From positions 14,263 through 78,262 of the forward strand of contig CAYWXJ010000001.1 of NCBI GenBank assembly GCA_964462405.1: 64,000 nucleotides of DNA, in the 5' to 3' direction. Source of the DNA: an uncultured Eubacterium sp. (lineage in GTDB: Bacteria > Bacillota > Clostridia > Lachnospirales > Lachnospiraceae). The notes below the pieces were generated by a model. That model had not been told where the DNA came from. It was given only the letters and a program-made list of their open reading frames with translations, and searched no databases. This document shows positions 36,819 to 50,200 of this stretch, piece by piece. The stretch's first letter is position 1. The number at the start of each line of letters is the position of its first letter. The translations under genes and the position numbers were made by a program.

Positions 36819-38398
36819 ATTTTATGCGTGTTGCATTATATGCAAGATACAGCGCGGGGCCCCGTCAGACGGACCAGAGCATAGAAGGCCAAATCCGTGT
36901 ATGCACCGATTTTTGTAAACAAAAAGATTTTACGATTGTTGAGGTATATGCTGACAGGCATATCTCTGGAAAAACTGATGACCGCCCGGAATTTCAGCGC
37001 TTAATTGCCGACAGTAAGAAACATAAATTTGATGGCGTTGTCGTTTATAAAACGGACCGTTTTGCAAGAAACAAATACGACAGTGCTATATATAAAAGGC
37101 AGCTTCGGAATAACGGCATACAAATTTATTACGCGGCTGAAAGTATACCAGACGGGCCGGAGGGAATCATTCTTGAATCTTTAATGGAAGGCCTTGCAGA
37201 ATATTACTCTGCGGAACTGGCACAAAAGATAAAACGCGGTATGCACGAAAGTGCCCTAAAGTGCCGGGTGCTCGGCAATACTGTACCGCTTGGCTATCGG
37301 GTTTCAAAGGAACGTACTTACGAAATTGACCCGGACAGCGCAAAAGCCGTTGAGATTATTTTTGATATGTATATCAACCAGGAAACAAATGCGGATATTT
37401 GCCGCAAACTGAATGACTTAGGATATAGGACCAGCAACGGCAACCAGTTCAATAAGAATAGTATCAACAGAATCATTCAGAACGAGAAATATATTGGTAT
37501 CTATAAAGCCGCAGGCGTAACCGTAGAGGATGGCATACCGCCCATTATTTCTAAAGATACCTTTTACCTTGCCCAGAAAGAAAGGAAGCGACGAACGGTG
37601 ACAAAGAAAACACGGAAAACCACAGCCGAATATATGTTATCTGGAAAACTCTTTTGTGGCTACTGCAAGAAGCCTATGACCGGGGTTAGCGGAACCGGGA
37701 AAAGCGGCGGCAAATTCTATTATTACTATTGCCCGACAGTACGTGCAAAAGGCAACTGCCAGAAAGAGCATGTGACAAGAGATACCATTGAGGACCTTAT
37801 CACACAAAAAACCGCGGAGTACATATTGCAGCCAGATATTCTTTGGGATATAGCGGAAGCACTTTGGCAATTTCAAGCCGAAACAGATACAAGGGAACAA
37901 GATATTTCCCATTATAAGAAAAAGCTAAATGAGAATAAAAAGGCTACGGATAATATACTAAAGGCGATTGAGACAGGGCTTGCTTCCGAAACGCTTCTTA
38001 CCAGGCTGCAAAGCCTTGAATCCGAAAAGACGGCGATAGAGGGAGAACTGGCGTATCTTAAAACGGTCAGCTTTGGATTGTCCAAACAACAGGTACATGC
38101 TTTCCTTATGCAGTTTCTAACACCTGATGATGACTGGACAGAATACAAACGCAGGATAATCAAGAGCTTCGTCCATGAAGTGTATCTATATGACGACCAT
38201 TTTACCGTAACCTATAATATCGGCGCTGGAAGCCCGAATATACAGGAAATAAAAATAGATGATTGCTCGGCCGAAGTGTTCGACCAGCAATCATCTAAGT
38301 GGACCAGACGGGAGTCGAACCCGTGTCCAAAAACCAATCCCCTGTCCTTCTACGAGTGTAGTTTATTTTTTGACATTCCCTCCACAGGACTTGAATAA
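36815..38398 (+). CDS. Large serine recombinase (prophage integrase)
   Basis: YARYS catalytic motif, SGKTDDRPEFQ, DRFARN, PLGY, LSGKLFCGYC...YYYC zinc ribbon, coiled coil. Confidence 0.96.
   Translation: MNFMRVALYARYSAGPRQTDQSIEGQIRVCTDFCKQKDFTIVEVYADRHISGKTDDRPEFQRLIADSKKHKFDGVVVYKTDRFARNKYDSAIYKRQLRNNGIQIYYAAESIPDGPEGIILESLMEGLAEYYSAELAQKIKRGMHESALKCRVLGNTVPLGYRVSKERTYEIDPDSAKAVEIIFDMYINQETNADICRKLNDLGYRTSNGNQFNKNSINRIIQNEKYIGIYKAAGVTVEDGIPPIISKDTFYLAQKERKRRTVTKKTRKTTAEYMLSGKLFCGYCKKPMTGVSGTGKSGGKFYYYYCPTVRAKGNCQKEHVTRDTIEDLITQKTAEYILQPDILWDIAEALWQFQAETDTREQDISHYKKKLNENKKATDNILKAIETGLASETLLTRLQSLESEKTAIEGELAYLKTVSFGLSKQQVHAFLMQFLTPDDDWTEYKRRIIKSFVHEVYLYDDHFTVTYNIGAGSPNIQEIKIDDCSAEVFDQQSSKWTRRESNPCPKTNPLSFYECSLFFDIPSTGLE
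38278..38320. other. Putative hybrid attachment site (prophage-host junction)
   Basis: GTTCGAC (38278-38284) and GTCGAAC (38314-38320) form an inverted repeat centred on 38299, the tmRNA 3' end. Confidence 0.65.
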
Positions 38399-38636
38399 AC
38401 ACAATTCCTGCTTCAGTAGCTTCATGATACGCCCACATACGCAAAGCTTAATATGTGTCGTTTCCTGCATAGTCGAAGCCTGGGTCCTAAAGTGCAGGTG
38501 CTCTAGGTCAGACTGCTGCAACTAGGCAGCGTATGCTAATTTATTATCAGCGTTTAATTTTAAGTTTGGCATTTAACGCATCCCATGCGACTCGCTTCTC
38601 CAGCTTCATAATCCCTGTCGAAACCATTACTGGCCC
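38300..38636 (-). ncRNA. ssrA: tmRNA; tag (A)ADNKLAYAA at 38551-38522
   Basis: 5' GGGCCAG..GGTTTCGAC; 3' GGGTTCGACTCCC GT CTGGTCC A; acceptor stem with G3.U; tag ORF ends YAA*; directly downstream of smpB. Confidence 0.97.
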
Positions 38637-38651
38637 TTGTATTGAACAAAT

Positions 38652-38680
38652 ATTGTATAATTTTTTTTTAACTAAGTCAA
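38652..38680 (-). promoter_or_regulatory. Sigma-A promoter of ssrA
   Basis: TTGACT-17-TACAAT, 15 nt upstream of the mature 5' end. Confidence 0.75.
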
Positions 38681-38818
38681 GTAATATTAAAATTTTTATT
38701 AAAAAAATTGTAACAGTTCAGCCTGCGCCATTCGCCAAACAAGTGACAGTAACAGCCATCCGCCAGACAGGCACCACACTCGATACCGCAGTTCGGGAAT
38801 GGCAATCCCCACAATTTC

Positions 38819-39286
38819 CTAATACAGATTCTTCACCTTAAACTCCCTCTCCGACTCTCTCCTCAAGTCTTTCTTCGCAATATCCTGCCTCTTATCATAA
38901 AGCTTTTTCCCTTTCGCTAACGCGATCTGAACCTTGACAAGACTTCCCTTAAAATATACCTCCACCGGTACTAAAGTATACCCCTTTTCTGCAATCTTCT
39001 GCTGTAATTTTAAAATTTCTTTTTTATGCAGCAAAAGCTTCTTGGGTCTGAGCGGGTCTTTGTTAAAAATATTTCCTTTTTCATAGGGAGAAATATGCAT
39101 TCCATATATAATAACTTCTCCCTTTTCGATTCTCACAAAGGCCTCTTTTATACTGCATTTTCCCATACGCAAAGACTTTACTTCTGTTCCGTGCAGACTG
39201 ATTCCTGCTTCATAAAGCTCCTCTAAAAAATAATCATGCCTTGCTTTCTTATTATTTGCAATCAGCTTGATACTGTCATTTCCCAT
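38819..39286 (-). CDS. smpB: SsrA-binding protein SmpB
   Basis: [32 protein letters not shown]; likely start 39286 (ORF track start 39310). Confidence 0.98.
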   Translation of the reverse strand: MGNDSIKLIANNKKARHDYFLEELYEAGISLHGTEVKSLRMGKCSIKEAFVRIEKGEVIIYGMHISPYEKGNIFNKDPLRPKKLLLHKKEILKLQQKIAEKGYTLVPVEVYFKGSLVKVQIALAKGKKLYDKRQDIAKKDLRRESEREFKVKNLY

Positions 39287-39302
39287 CTTATTCTCCCATT
39301 CC

Positions 39303-41441
39303 TTACTCATTCACCAATTCAAAATCAATCGTCCGAAGCAGCGCGTCGGTTGCTGCTGCGATCACTTTTACCTTTTGTCCTAATTTATATCTGCGGTTTG
39401 TCATCTGTCCCACCAGCTCATAGGTGCTTTCAAAATACTCATAATAATCGTCCATAAGGGAAGTTACATGCACCAGACCTTCAATGGTATCCGGCAGCTC
39501 CACATAAAATCCCCAGGCTGTAACACCTGAAATGACACCCTCAAATTCTTCCCCGATATGGTGTGACATATACTCTACTTTTTTCATTTTCTCGGTTTCC
39601 CGTTCTGCTTCATCTGCCCTGCGTTCCATTTCGCTGGAATGCTTTGCCACCTCCGGCAGAATCTTATCGTAATGGGCTATCCGCTTGCCGCTCATTTTTC
39701 CCCGCAGGCATTCTTTGATGATACGGTGTATCTGCAGATCCGGATACCTTCGGATCGGGGAAGTAAAGTGGCAGTAATAGTCCGTCGCCAGTCCAAAATG
39801 TCCGGTACTGATTGTCGAATACTTTGCCTGCTTCATGGAACGCAGCGTCAGCCTGCTGATTAACGGCTCCTCCGAAGAACCTTCGATTTTCTGCAAAAGC
39901 TTCTGCAATTCCTTTGGATGCACCTCATCCTGTCCGATGTGAATGGAATAACCAAAATTATTTATAAAAGTAGAAAGCTTGCGGATTTTCTCACTGTCCG
40001 GATTGTCATGGGTACGGTAGACAAAGGGCACCTGCTGCCAAAAGAAATCCTCTGCCACTGTTTCATTGGCAATCAGCATAAAATCCTCAATAATCTTCGT
40101 TGCCACATTTCGTTCATAGGGCTTGATCTCCACCGGATGCCCTTTATCGTCTAATACGATTTTTGTTTCCGGAAAATCAAAATCAATGGAGCCCCGCCTC
40201 ATCCGCTTTTTACGGAGAATTTCCGCTAACTCCTTCATAAGCTCAAACATCGGAACAAAGTCTTTGTATTCCTCAATTACCTGTGCATCCTTATCCTCTA
40301 AAATTTTCTTTACATTGGTATAGCTCATTCGGCGGTCAACACAGATCACGGTTTCTGCAATTTTATGGTCTATGACCCTGCCCTTTTCATCCATGCTCAT
40401 AATGCAGCTTAATGCTAAACGGTCCTCGCCCTGATTCAAAGAGCAGATTCCGTTTGAAAGCGTATGGGGAAGCATCGGAATTACCCTGTCCACCAGATAG
40501 ACACTGGTTCCGCGCTCTTTTGCCTCTGCATCTAAGGCACTGTACTCCTGCACATAATTAGTCACATCTGCAATATGCACTCCTAAACGATACCCATTGT
40601 CTTCCCTTGTCAGAGTAATGGCATCATCTAAGTCCTTTGCATCCTCTCCGTCAATGGTAACGGTCTGCCAGTCTCTTAAATCCATCCGGCCTGCCATATC
40701 TGCCGCTGACACCTCTTTGGCTGCCCGCTGCGCCTGATTCAAGACCTTTTCGGGAAATTCTGCCGGAAGCGCGAAGGCTCTGATCAAGGAAAGAATATCG
40801 GTTCCGGGGTCATTGATATGTCCGAGGATTTCAACCACTTTTCCTTCCGGCTTTCTGTCCTTTCTTCCATAATCCGTAAGTTCTACGACTACCTTATGCC
40901 CGCTGACGGCTCCCTTAGAACGTTCTTTGGAAATGAAAATATCCCTGTTGATTTTCGGGTCATCCGGTATGACAAATCCAAAGTTTTTGCTGTATTCATA
41001 GGTTCCTACTACTTCGGTCAGTCCGTGGGAAATGATTTTTACAATGCTTCCCTCTCTGCGCTTCCCGGATTGAGTGGGGCTTACTGCTGCCTGTACCACA
41101 TCTTTATGGAATGCACCGTTCACCTGATCTGCCGGAATAAAAATGTCTTCTGCTTCTCCTTCTATAGTCACAAATCCATAGCCCTTTGCATGTCCACTAA
41201 AGGTTCCTGTGATAAAATTCCCTTCGGATTTTGCATATTTGCCTTTCTTAGATACTTCGATTTTGCCATCGGCAATCAGAGCATTTAAGACCTCTTCTAA
41301 TTCACTTCGCTGACTCTTCGGAACAGAAAGGAGGATCGCCATTTCCTTGATTTTCATCGGCACATATAAGTCATCGCAGATAAATTCATAAATCAATTTT
41401 TTACGTTTTTCAAACTGTTCTCTATCCATAGTACTCCTCAT
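39303..41441 (-). CDS. rnr: Ribonuclease R
   Basis: [37 protein letters not shown]-terminal S1 domain; secG-rnr-smpB synteny. Confidence 0.97.
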   Translation of the reverse strand: MRSTMDREQFEKRKKLIYEFICDDLYVPMKIKEMAILLSVPKSQRSELEEVLNALIADGKIEVSKKGKYAKSEGNFITGTFSGHAKGYGFVTIEGEAEDIFIPADQVNGAFHKDVVQAAVSPTQSGKRREGSIVKIISHGLTEVVGTYEYSKNFGFVIPDDPKINRDIFISKERSKGAVSGHKVVVELTDYGRKDRKPEGKVVEILGHINDPGTDILSLIRAFALPAEFPEKVLNQAQRAAKEVSAADMAGRMDLRDWQTVTIDGEDAKDLDDAITLTREDNGYRLGVHIADVTNYVQEYSALDAEAKERGTSVYLVDRVIPMLPHTLSNGICSLNQGEDRLALSCIMSMDEKGRVIDHKIAETVICVDRRMSYTNVKKILEDKDAQVIEEYKDFVPMFELMKELAEILRKKRMRRGSIDFDFPETKIVLDDKGHPVEIKPYERNVATKIIEDFMLIANETVAEDFFWQQVPFVYRTHDNPDSEKIRKLSTFINNFGYSIHIGQDEVHPKELQKLLQKIEGSSEEPLISRLTLRSMKQAKYSTISTGHFGLATDYYCHFTSPIRRYPDLQIHRIIKECLRGKMSGKRIAHYDKILPEVAKHSSEMERRADEAERETEKMKKVEYMSHHIGEEFEGVISGVTAWGFYVELPDTIEGLVHVTSLMDDYYEYFESTYELVGQMTNRRYKLGQKVKVIAAATDALLRTIDFELVNE

Positions 41442-41443
41442 AC

Positions 41444-41472
41444 AAAAAAGGCTGCCGCTTACACGACAGCCT
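41444..41472 (-). terminator. Intrinsic terminator after secG
   Basis: AGGCTGTCG-TGTAAG-CGGCAGCCT followed by TTTTT on - strand. Confidence 0.7.
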
Positions 41473-41479
41473 CACCCGT

Positions 41480-41719
41480 TTAAAAGCTTCCTATATTCAA
41501 TATTGCAGCAATCAGCATAAATAATACTACTAAAGCTCTGGTGATTTTTACAAGCATTCCCTCCATGGAACGTCCCTTATTCTTGCCCCAATAAGTGTCT
41601 GCTGCACCGGCGATAGCTCCTAATCCCGCTGACTTACCTTCCTGCATCAGAATAATTACTGTCAATGCCAGACATATTAAAATAAATACTACTGTTAAAA
41701 TCGTTTTTACTACTGCCAC
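41480..41719 (-). CDS. secG: Preprotein translocase subunit SecG
   Basis: Two TM helices, ILMQEGKSAGLGAIAG, GKNKGRS; GTG start with CAGGAGG RBS. Confidence 0.95.
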   Translation of the reverse strand: MAVVKTILTVVFILICLALTVIILMQEGKSAGLGAIAGAADTYWGKNKGRSMEGMLVKITRALVVLFMLIAAILNIGSF

Positions 41720-41809
41720 GAGTAATACCTCCTGCAAATCTGTTTGTTTATCGGTTCTCACAACTTATGATAGTATAGCATATGCCTGTTCATTTTTCAA
41801 CTACTAATT

Positions 41810-43180
<1,371 letters not shown>

Positions 43181-43204
43181 TTATGCTTAGTATTTACTGG
43201 AAAT

Positions 43205-44146
43205 TTAAAAAATATGCAATTTTTCTTCCACCCTGTCTGATAATTCGTCAATCACACTTCTCTCCGGCGGCTTCGTTCCTATTGTGGTCACTGCTCCGGC
43301 GGATACTGCCATGGCAAGCCTGATACTTTCCTTCCAGGTCAACTTTTCCTCCTCCGCATAGGCTAAGGCTGCTGCCATGGCGTCTCCGGCTCCTACAGCA
43401 GAATGCACTTCTACCGCCAATGCTTCACAGCAAATCACCTGCCCGGATGCGGCATGCAGAAAAATCGCTCCTTTGCTTCCTCTTGAAATGGCTATGGTTT
43501 TTATGCCTTTTTCTAACAATCGTTTCCCTGACGCTACTAATTTTTCTTCGGAAACTTCTCCCTGCAGTTTAAAGTATTCCGCTAATTCTTGGTGGTTTGG
43601 TTTTATAATATCGGGAACTGCCTTTATAGCTTCTGCAAGCAGCGGGCCGTCTGCATCTACAAATACCTTCGCCCCTTTTGGTCTTACCTTTTCTATGATG
43701 CGGGCATAAATATTCTGATCTACGCCTTTGGGAATACTTCCGGCAAGCAAAAACAACACATCTTCTTTGGCATAGCTTTCTAACTTGTCTATCAGTTCCT
43801 GCTGCTTTTCCTCAGATACGGTCATTCCCTGCTCGTTAATTTCTGTCAGCGTACCGTCTTTTTCCATGATTTTTAAATTGGTACGTGTGACTCCGTCCAC
43901 AAGGACAAAGTCCTGTTCAATGCCTTCTCCCTGAAGGCAGTCTAAGATTATTTCGCTGCCTTTTGTTCCTAAAAATCCGGTTGCTAAGGATTTCCCTCCG
44001 ATGGCTTTTATCGTCTTTGATACGTTAATTCCCTTTCCTCCCGCATCTGCCACAGGCTGTTCAATACGATTTAATCCCCCGTGAAAAAAAGTGTCGGTTT
44101 CCACGGTCTTATCTATCGCAGGGTTCATGGTCACGGTTATAATCAT
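43205..44146 (-). CDS. pfkB: 1-phosphofructokinase-family (PfkB/FruK) kinase
   Basis: TVTMNPAID, GGKGINVS, TRTN, IKPN, SAVGAGDA. Confidence 0.88.
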   Translation of the reverse strand: MIITVTMNPAIDKTVETDTFFHGGLNRIEQPVADAGGKGINVSKTIKAIGGKSLATGFLGTKGSEIILDCLQGEGIEQDFVLVDGVTRTNLKIMEKDGTLTEINEQGMTVSEEKQQELIDKLESYAKEDVLFLLAGSIPKGVDQNIYARIIEKVRPKGAKVFVDADGPLLAEAIKAVPDIIKPNHQELAEYFKLQGEVSEEKLVASGKRLLEKGIKTIAISRGSKGAIFLHAASGQVICCEALAVEVHSAVGAGDAMAAALAYAEEEKLTWKESIRLAMAVSAGAVTTIGTKPPERSVIDELSDRVEEKLHIF

Positions 44147-44223
44147 CTGCAATACCTCTTTTTACTTCATCAATAACTGTTATGCTTAGTTTATCATGGA
44201 TTTTTCAACTTAACAACTACGCA

Positions 44224-44257
44224 AAAACCCCAGACCATATATACAGTCTGGGGTTTT
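44224..44257 (-). terminator. Intrinsic terminator after the GH3-GH30 gene
   Basis: AAAACCCCAGAC / GTCTGGGGTTTT 12-bp stem. Confidence 0.85.
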
Positions 44258-44274
44258 CATTACATACTTACATA

Positions 44275-47200
44275 TTACATTTTTTTGCTTTTTGTTTTGG
44301 AGAATGCTCCATATGCCTTATTGTTTCCGGCTTTCTTATAAGCACGAATCTTAAAGGTATATTTTGTACCTTTCTTTGCTTTGGTGTAGGTATAACTGGT
44401 AGTCTTACCTTTTTTGATAGTCTTTACACATTTATACTTACCCTTTCCGGCTTTCATATAAATCTGGTATCCGTCTGCTCCGCTTACTTTCTTCCAAGTA
44501 ATCTTAATTTTTCTGGCAGATTTCTTCTCAACTTTCTTGATAGATGCTTTTGCAGGGCTTGTGGCTGTTGTGATCTTCACTTCATCAGAAGTTAATGTCT
44601 GACCATTTACTACTTTGATTGCCTGAATACCTACTGTGTATTTTGTAAGTTTCTTTAATTTTTTGAAACTGTAGGTCGTCTTTGCCGTAGCCGCAGTCTT
44701 AACTTTCTTGCTTCCGCTGTAAACTGTCAGATTGTATCCTGTTGCACCATCTACTGCGTTCCATGTAAGCTTCAATCCTGTGGTGGAAGTTCCAACAGAT
44801 TGGAAATTAGTTACCTTATCCGGTGCTTTGGTATCTGCCGCTGGGCTGCCGTTACCATCTTGATTGGTATTTTCGTTATTGGTACCGCCGTTATTGTTGT
44901 CACCGCCATTATCGGTATTGTTATTTTCTCCGCCTTCCTGTTTCTTCTCTGTTACAACCAAAGTATACTCTGCCTTGATTGCCTGATTCGAATTAGAGGT
45001 TGCTGTAATAACTGCTGTTCCTACTGATTTAGCAAGAATTACGCCATCTTCAACGGTTGCAACATCCGGATTGCTTGTAGACCATGTCACGGTCTTATCA
45101 TCTGCCTCTTCCGGGCCTACCTTTGCCGTAAGAACCACTCTTGTGCCAACTTCAACTGTAGAGCCTTCTGATGCTAAGGTCACACTTTCCACCGGAATGA
45201 CAGCAACGTTTTTCTCTTCTACTAATTTTAAAGTAAAATTCTTTAAGTTAGCTCCGTCACCTGCAAGGGAGATTCTGAATGTATAAATTCCTTCCGGTAA
45301 ATCAATGTTCATATCTTCTGAACTCTTATAGGTGGACCAGCCTCCTGTTGCCGGAATTGCGACTGTTCCAAGTGAAACAGTTCCTTTTTCCATAATTCTG
45401 TCTGCTGTGATTTTTACACTTCCGGAGCTTTCAATTCCATAGCTGACATTCAACTGATATGTTCCGGATTTTGTAATATTCACCATGTAGCTAAACGCGG
45501 TTCCTGCTACATTGTACTCAATGTTTTCGCCCATAATTGCATGGCTGTTTTCTGCATCATAGAAATCGATTGCCGCAATCGTTGTGCCGGCTTCATCTGT
45601 TGCAATTTCTGTCGCCGTAACCGGAGCGATCTCGATAGAACTGATTACCCATCCGGCTGATTTTGCCTTAAATTCTAAAGTCTGTTTTCCTGCCTCAAAA
45701 TCTACTGTCCCGCGCATCTTGATATTGTCTTTTGTCCAAAGTGCCGGAATACTAAGCTGTTTGTAGCTGTTTGTTCCGATTGTATCCGGTACACCGCGGT
45801 TAATATCTAATGCGTTCTGATAAGAAGTTCCATCGCTTGTTAATGTATGCAGTGAATAAGTCACAGCATAAGTTCCGGCTTCTTTTACATCCAGGAAGTA
45901 ATCTACATAATTATCCTTTGCAACATTATTTGCTAAGGAACCGCTGTTTGCGTATGCTTTGTCTTCTGTCAGGGTGATTGCTGCATCCGACAGCTCGATT
46001 GCCTCCGGAAGTCCATCTACCGGCTCCATATCTGCATTTACAGTTAATGCCACGCTGCCGTCATCATAAGCTGCTGCCGGTATGTTAAATGCTAACTGAA
46101 CCGGACGGTAGAATTTCTTCGTATAGGTTAAAACAACTTTTACGGTCGTGCTGTCAACAAATGTTACACTTTCTACTTCATAGAAGCTTGCAGCATCTCC
46201 GCCTACTGTAATGGAAGCTATTCCATCTTCATTGAAGGTTCCGCCCTTCATCTTTAAGGTTATTTCTTTTGTATCGCCTACATTTTCCGGTACGGATAAA
46301 TCCTGTTCCGGTACTGTTACTTCTTCTGCGTCATCTTCTGCTGTAATCACAAAGCTTGCTGCCGTTGCATAAACGCTATCACTGTTCTCCTGCTTTACCT
46401 GAAGCTTTACATCTACAGTTTTGTCTTCATCAAAGTCTTTGGTTCTGTTGCCGTTTAAAGTAATCTTAACCTGCGCATCACTTACTTTTTCTACGGCTGC
46501 AGTGACACCTTCCGGCAGACCTGTCACTTCATAGAATGACTCTTCATCAGCAATCGTTCCGCCTTCCACATCAATGACGATTTCTTTCTTATCTTCGTTT
46601 TCTTCTGTGATCTCTGGTGTTGTAACATTCAGGTAAGAACCGATGGCGATCCAAGCAATATTTTCTGATCCTGCTACATTAATGCCAATGGTATGTTCCC
46701 CTTCTGTTAATTCTAATTCTGTACTCTGACCTGTTACACTCTTTACTTCTGTTCCGTCAACTTTTACAATATATCCCTTTGTATCACTGTCTTCTGCCGC
46801 AAAAGATACTCTCAATACATAGGTATCCTCTGCCGGTACATTTACCTTGTAATTAACAGTTGACTGGCTGTCTAAATTTTCAAGCTGATGCAGCTCATTT
46901 ACAGTTGCTCCGGCAATTTCTTCATCATTATCCGCCATAATACTCTCATACTCGTCTGCAGGAATCTTGCCTGGAAGTGCATGTACTTGTGGAGTTTTCG
47001 TCATTGAAATATTGTAAAGCTTTACGCCTGCAGATGCTTTTACACGAATCTGCTGAACACCTGCGTTTTCAACCTTGACAACTCCTCTTACGTTTACTTT
47101 TGCGGTATCCTTTGTCTTTGTTGCTGCAATTTCACGAAGAAGGGTATCTCCCTGGTATACACTGATCTTCTGTCCGGCTTCTGTCGGCTGCTGCTCAAAG

Positions 47201-50200
47201 ATAATACCATAGGTTCCGGCTTCTTTTACATTTACAATATAATCAATGTAATCTTCATCTAAAGAGGTCGTAACATATTCTGCTCCATCTGCATCCTTTG
47301 CCGTTTTTACGCCTTCAGAAGCTTCTGCATAGTTTACAGCAGAAAATCCTGTTTCAATATCATTCTGAATATTTTCCGGCTCATTCCATACATAGGTAGC
47401 AACATTCTTTGCAGGAATTGCTCCAATGAACTGTGTTCCGTTTGTTACGATTTTAAAATTCTGTTTCTTATCCGTTGCATTTACAACAACCGCTGCTAAT
47501 TTCCCGGTTTCCGGATCTTTAAATACAACATTTGTTACCGTATCTGTAGAACCAAGGTTCGAATCTACGCGTACATAACCCGGACGGATGAATCTTGAGA
47601 ACTGACCAGTCAGATAAAACTCCGGCATTGCCCAGTAATCATTGTCACTGCCTGCTGCTCTTGCAAACATCGTCGGGTCCGGTGTACCTACCCACTGATG
47701 AACACCTACGTTACTGTCTAACATGGTTACCCATGAATTGTAGCTGATACCGCTGTTACGCAGATAAGTAATAATCGAATTTGCGCCTGCGGTTCCCCAT
47801 ACAGAGCGTTCGGTCAGGTTTACTGTCTGGTCTGTTCTTCCATCCTTATTTAATAAATTGTCAAGCACTCTCTGCATCTCTGTCAAAGAGCCGCCGTAAT
47901 CATGGAATGCAATACCATCCAAAGCATCGTTTGCACCTTCTACACTTAAGATTGCCTCAGTATAGCTGTATGCACCGCTTGGATTATGGTCAAATGCCCA
48001 TAATTTACATTTCTTCTGCTCATCTGTCAATACGCTGCTGCTGTTGATTGCTTTCTTAATTGCGACTGCAAGTTTTCCTTCCTGCTCCCCGGACATTGCA
48101 CAGCTTGGATAATTAATCTCTAACATTGGCTCATTCTGAAGAGTCATTGCATAAATATCAATTCCCTGCTTTGCATATTCCTCTAAATATCTTGTATAAT
48201 ACATTGCCAAATCATCAATATAAGCATCATTTAAGCTTCCACCCTTAAGCAGCAGATCATTATCTGCATAGCTCTTACTGCTTGAGGTCTCTTCCTTCAT
48301 CCATCCCGGAGGAGTCCAGGAAGATGCGAAGAATTTCACTTCATCCTCTACACCATATTCTTTTGCAAGTTCAATAACTTTCTTTACAGTGTCAATGATC
48401 TTGTAATCAATATCTTTCTGGATAGAAAATCCGTTTCCGGTCGAATTCTGCCAGTCTGGTGAGAATGTACCATCTGCATTCCTGATGGCATTTTTCTCTG
48501 TTAATTCTTTTGCATCATAGTAAGTATAGAAATTCTTTGCCGTAAAATCAGAGGTTCCAATAGTAATACGGAATAATGTCATTCCTCCCTGTTCGGGGTC
48601 TACTAATTTTCTTAAAAATTCATCCTGTACTTCCGGCGTCAGTTGAATCAGATTATTAATGGTAGCTTCCTCTAAGGAAGTACCCATTCCTAAAAATTCC
48701 TGATAGGTTTTTTCCGGATTTACATAAATTTCGGTTAATTCCTGATCATCTACAGAAGTAATATCCAAAGCTGCTTTCTCTGACAACTGATTTGCCATGT
48801 CCGTTGGATATTTATACCAGTCCATACTCTGGGATTTTTCCGTAGATGTCATCCATACTTTTACGGCATCCTGACTGATTAAGCTTCCATTGGATTCTTT
48901 TGCTGTCTCATCTGCCGGATCTTCTGCCGCCTCTTCTTTGCCTTCATCCTTTTCACCGTTTGCTTCCCGTAATGTAAACTGGATATAATCCAGTTTTGCA
49001 CTTACCTGATTGCTGGAATCCATGATCTTGATAATCTGCTTTCCTGCTTCTGCAATTTCTACATTCTCAATCACAAAATCCTGATACCCATCTGTTGCGC
49101 CTGTTCCCGTTATTGTCTTATCCGGATTTGGATCACCTGTTTCAGAAATACCGAATTTAAAGGATGTAAAATCTCCGCTTGCGGGTTCTGTTACCTTCAT
49201 TCTTAATGTCACTGTATAAGTTCCTGCCTGACGGAAATATACCGGCCATTTTGCATTGCCCCAATCCTGTTTGCTCCATTCTACATAGCCGACTCTTTCC
49301 CCGTCAACCATTTCGCTTCCTGTTGCAACATTATATGAGGATGCTGTTCCGGAAGACGGATTACAATATTCGCCTTCTAATTTGTTGCCATATGCATCAA
49401 TATCAATTCCATCTTTATATTTAATAATATCCTGTTCTTCCTCCTTATTTGGTGCTTCCGGCCGTTCTGTCGGAATTTCGGTCTGCCCGTCTGCTTTGAT
49501 TGATGTTCCGTCTTTCTTTAAACCGGTTCCGCGTGGGAATAATACCTTAGAAGCATCTGATTTCTCCGTTAAATATTCCGGATACCATGTCCATGTAACA
49601 GGGCATGTTGCTGTAAAATCTCTGCTTTCGTCTAACATTACATCCGCTACCGCTGCACCCTCTGTACCAGGCAGCCACGCCTCTACCACTGCATCAAAAT
49701 TATCTATGTAATCGGCGATTGCAACCGGTCTTCCTGTCATTAATACTAATACGGTAGGAACCTCGCCCTTAGAAGCTGCTGCAGTTTTTATTACATTTAA
49801 ATCTGTACTTGACAGTGTAAGCTCTTCTGCTTTCTTATCTCCATTGGATTCTGCATATGGGTCCTCACCAACAACTACGACTGCCACATCTGTTCCTGCT
49901 GAGATCTTACCTCTGGCATTGTAGCTTACTTTTACATTGTCGCCTGCCACTTCCTGAAAGCCTTCGTAAATCGTAGTTCCTTCCGTAACTTTCTTTCCGC
50001 CGCTTCCATTGTCAGCGTCAAGTCCGCCCTGCCATGTAATGGTCCAGCCGCCGCACTGTGCTCCTACGTCATTGCCCTTGTAACCTGCAACCAGAATATT
50101 ATCAATACTATCATCATCTAATAAATCTAATACTGGCTTGGTCGTACCTTCGACGGTTACCTCATCATTCTTTAATACGGTGAGTGTTTTTGCCGCTGCT

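Larger units (their letters stand above)
1..38299. mobile_element. Temperate myovirus-like prophage (PBSX/skin-like structural module), left end outside window, integrated at the tmRNA 3' end
   Basis: Contiguous tail/head/terminase/replication genes on - strand; divergent repressor and serine integrase on + strand; abrupt switch to housekeeping genes (ssrA, smpB, rnr) at 38300. Confidence 0.96.

Noticed and set aside
1-38299. Diversity-generating retroelement or retron
   Set aside because: No reverse transcriptase motifs and no TR/VR pair in this window; the tail fibre region lies outside it
38259-38841. + strand ORFs 38259-38525 and 38533-38841
   Set aside because: Antisense shadows of tmRNA and its promoter; no RBS or recognisable motifs
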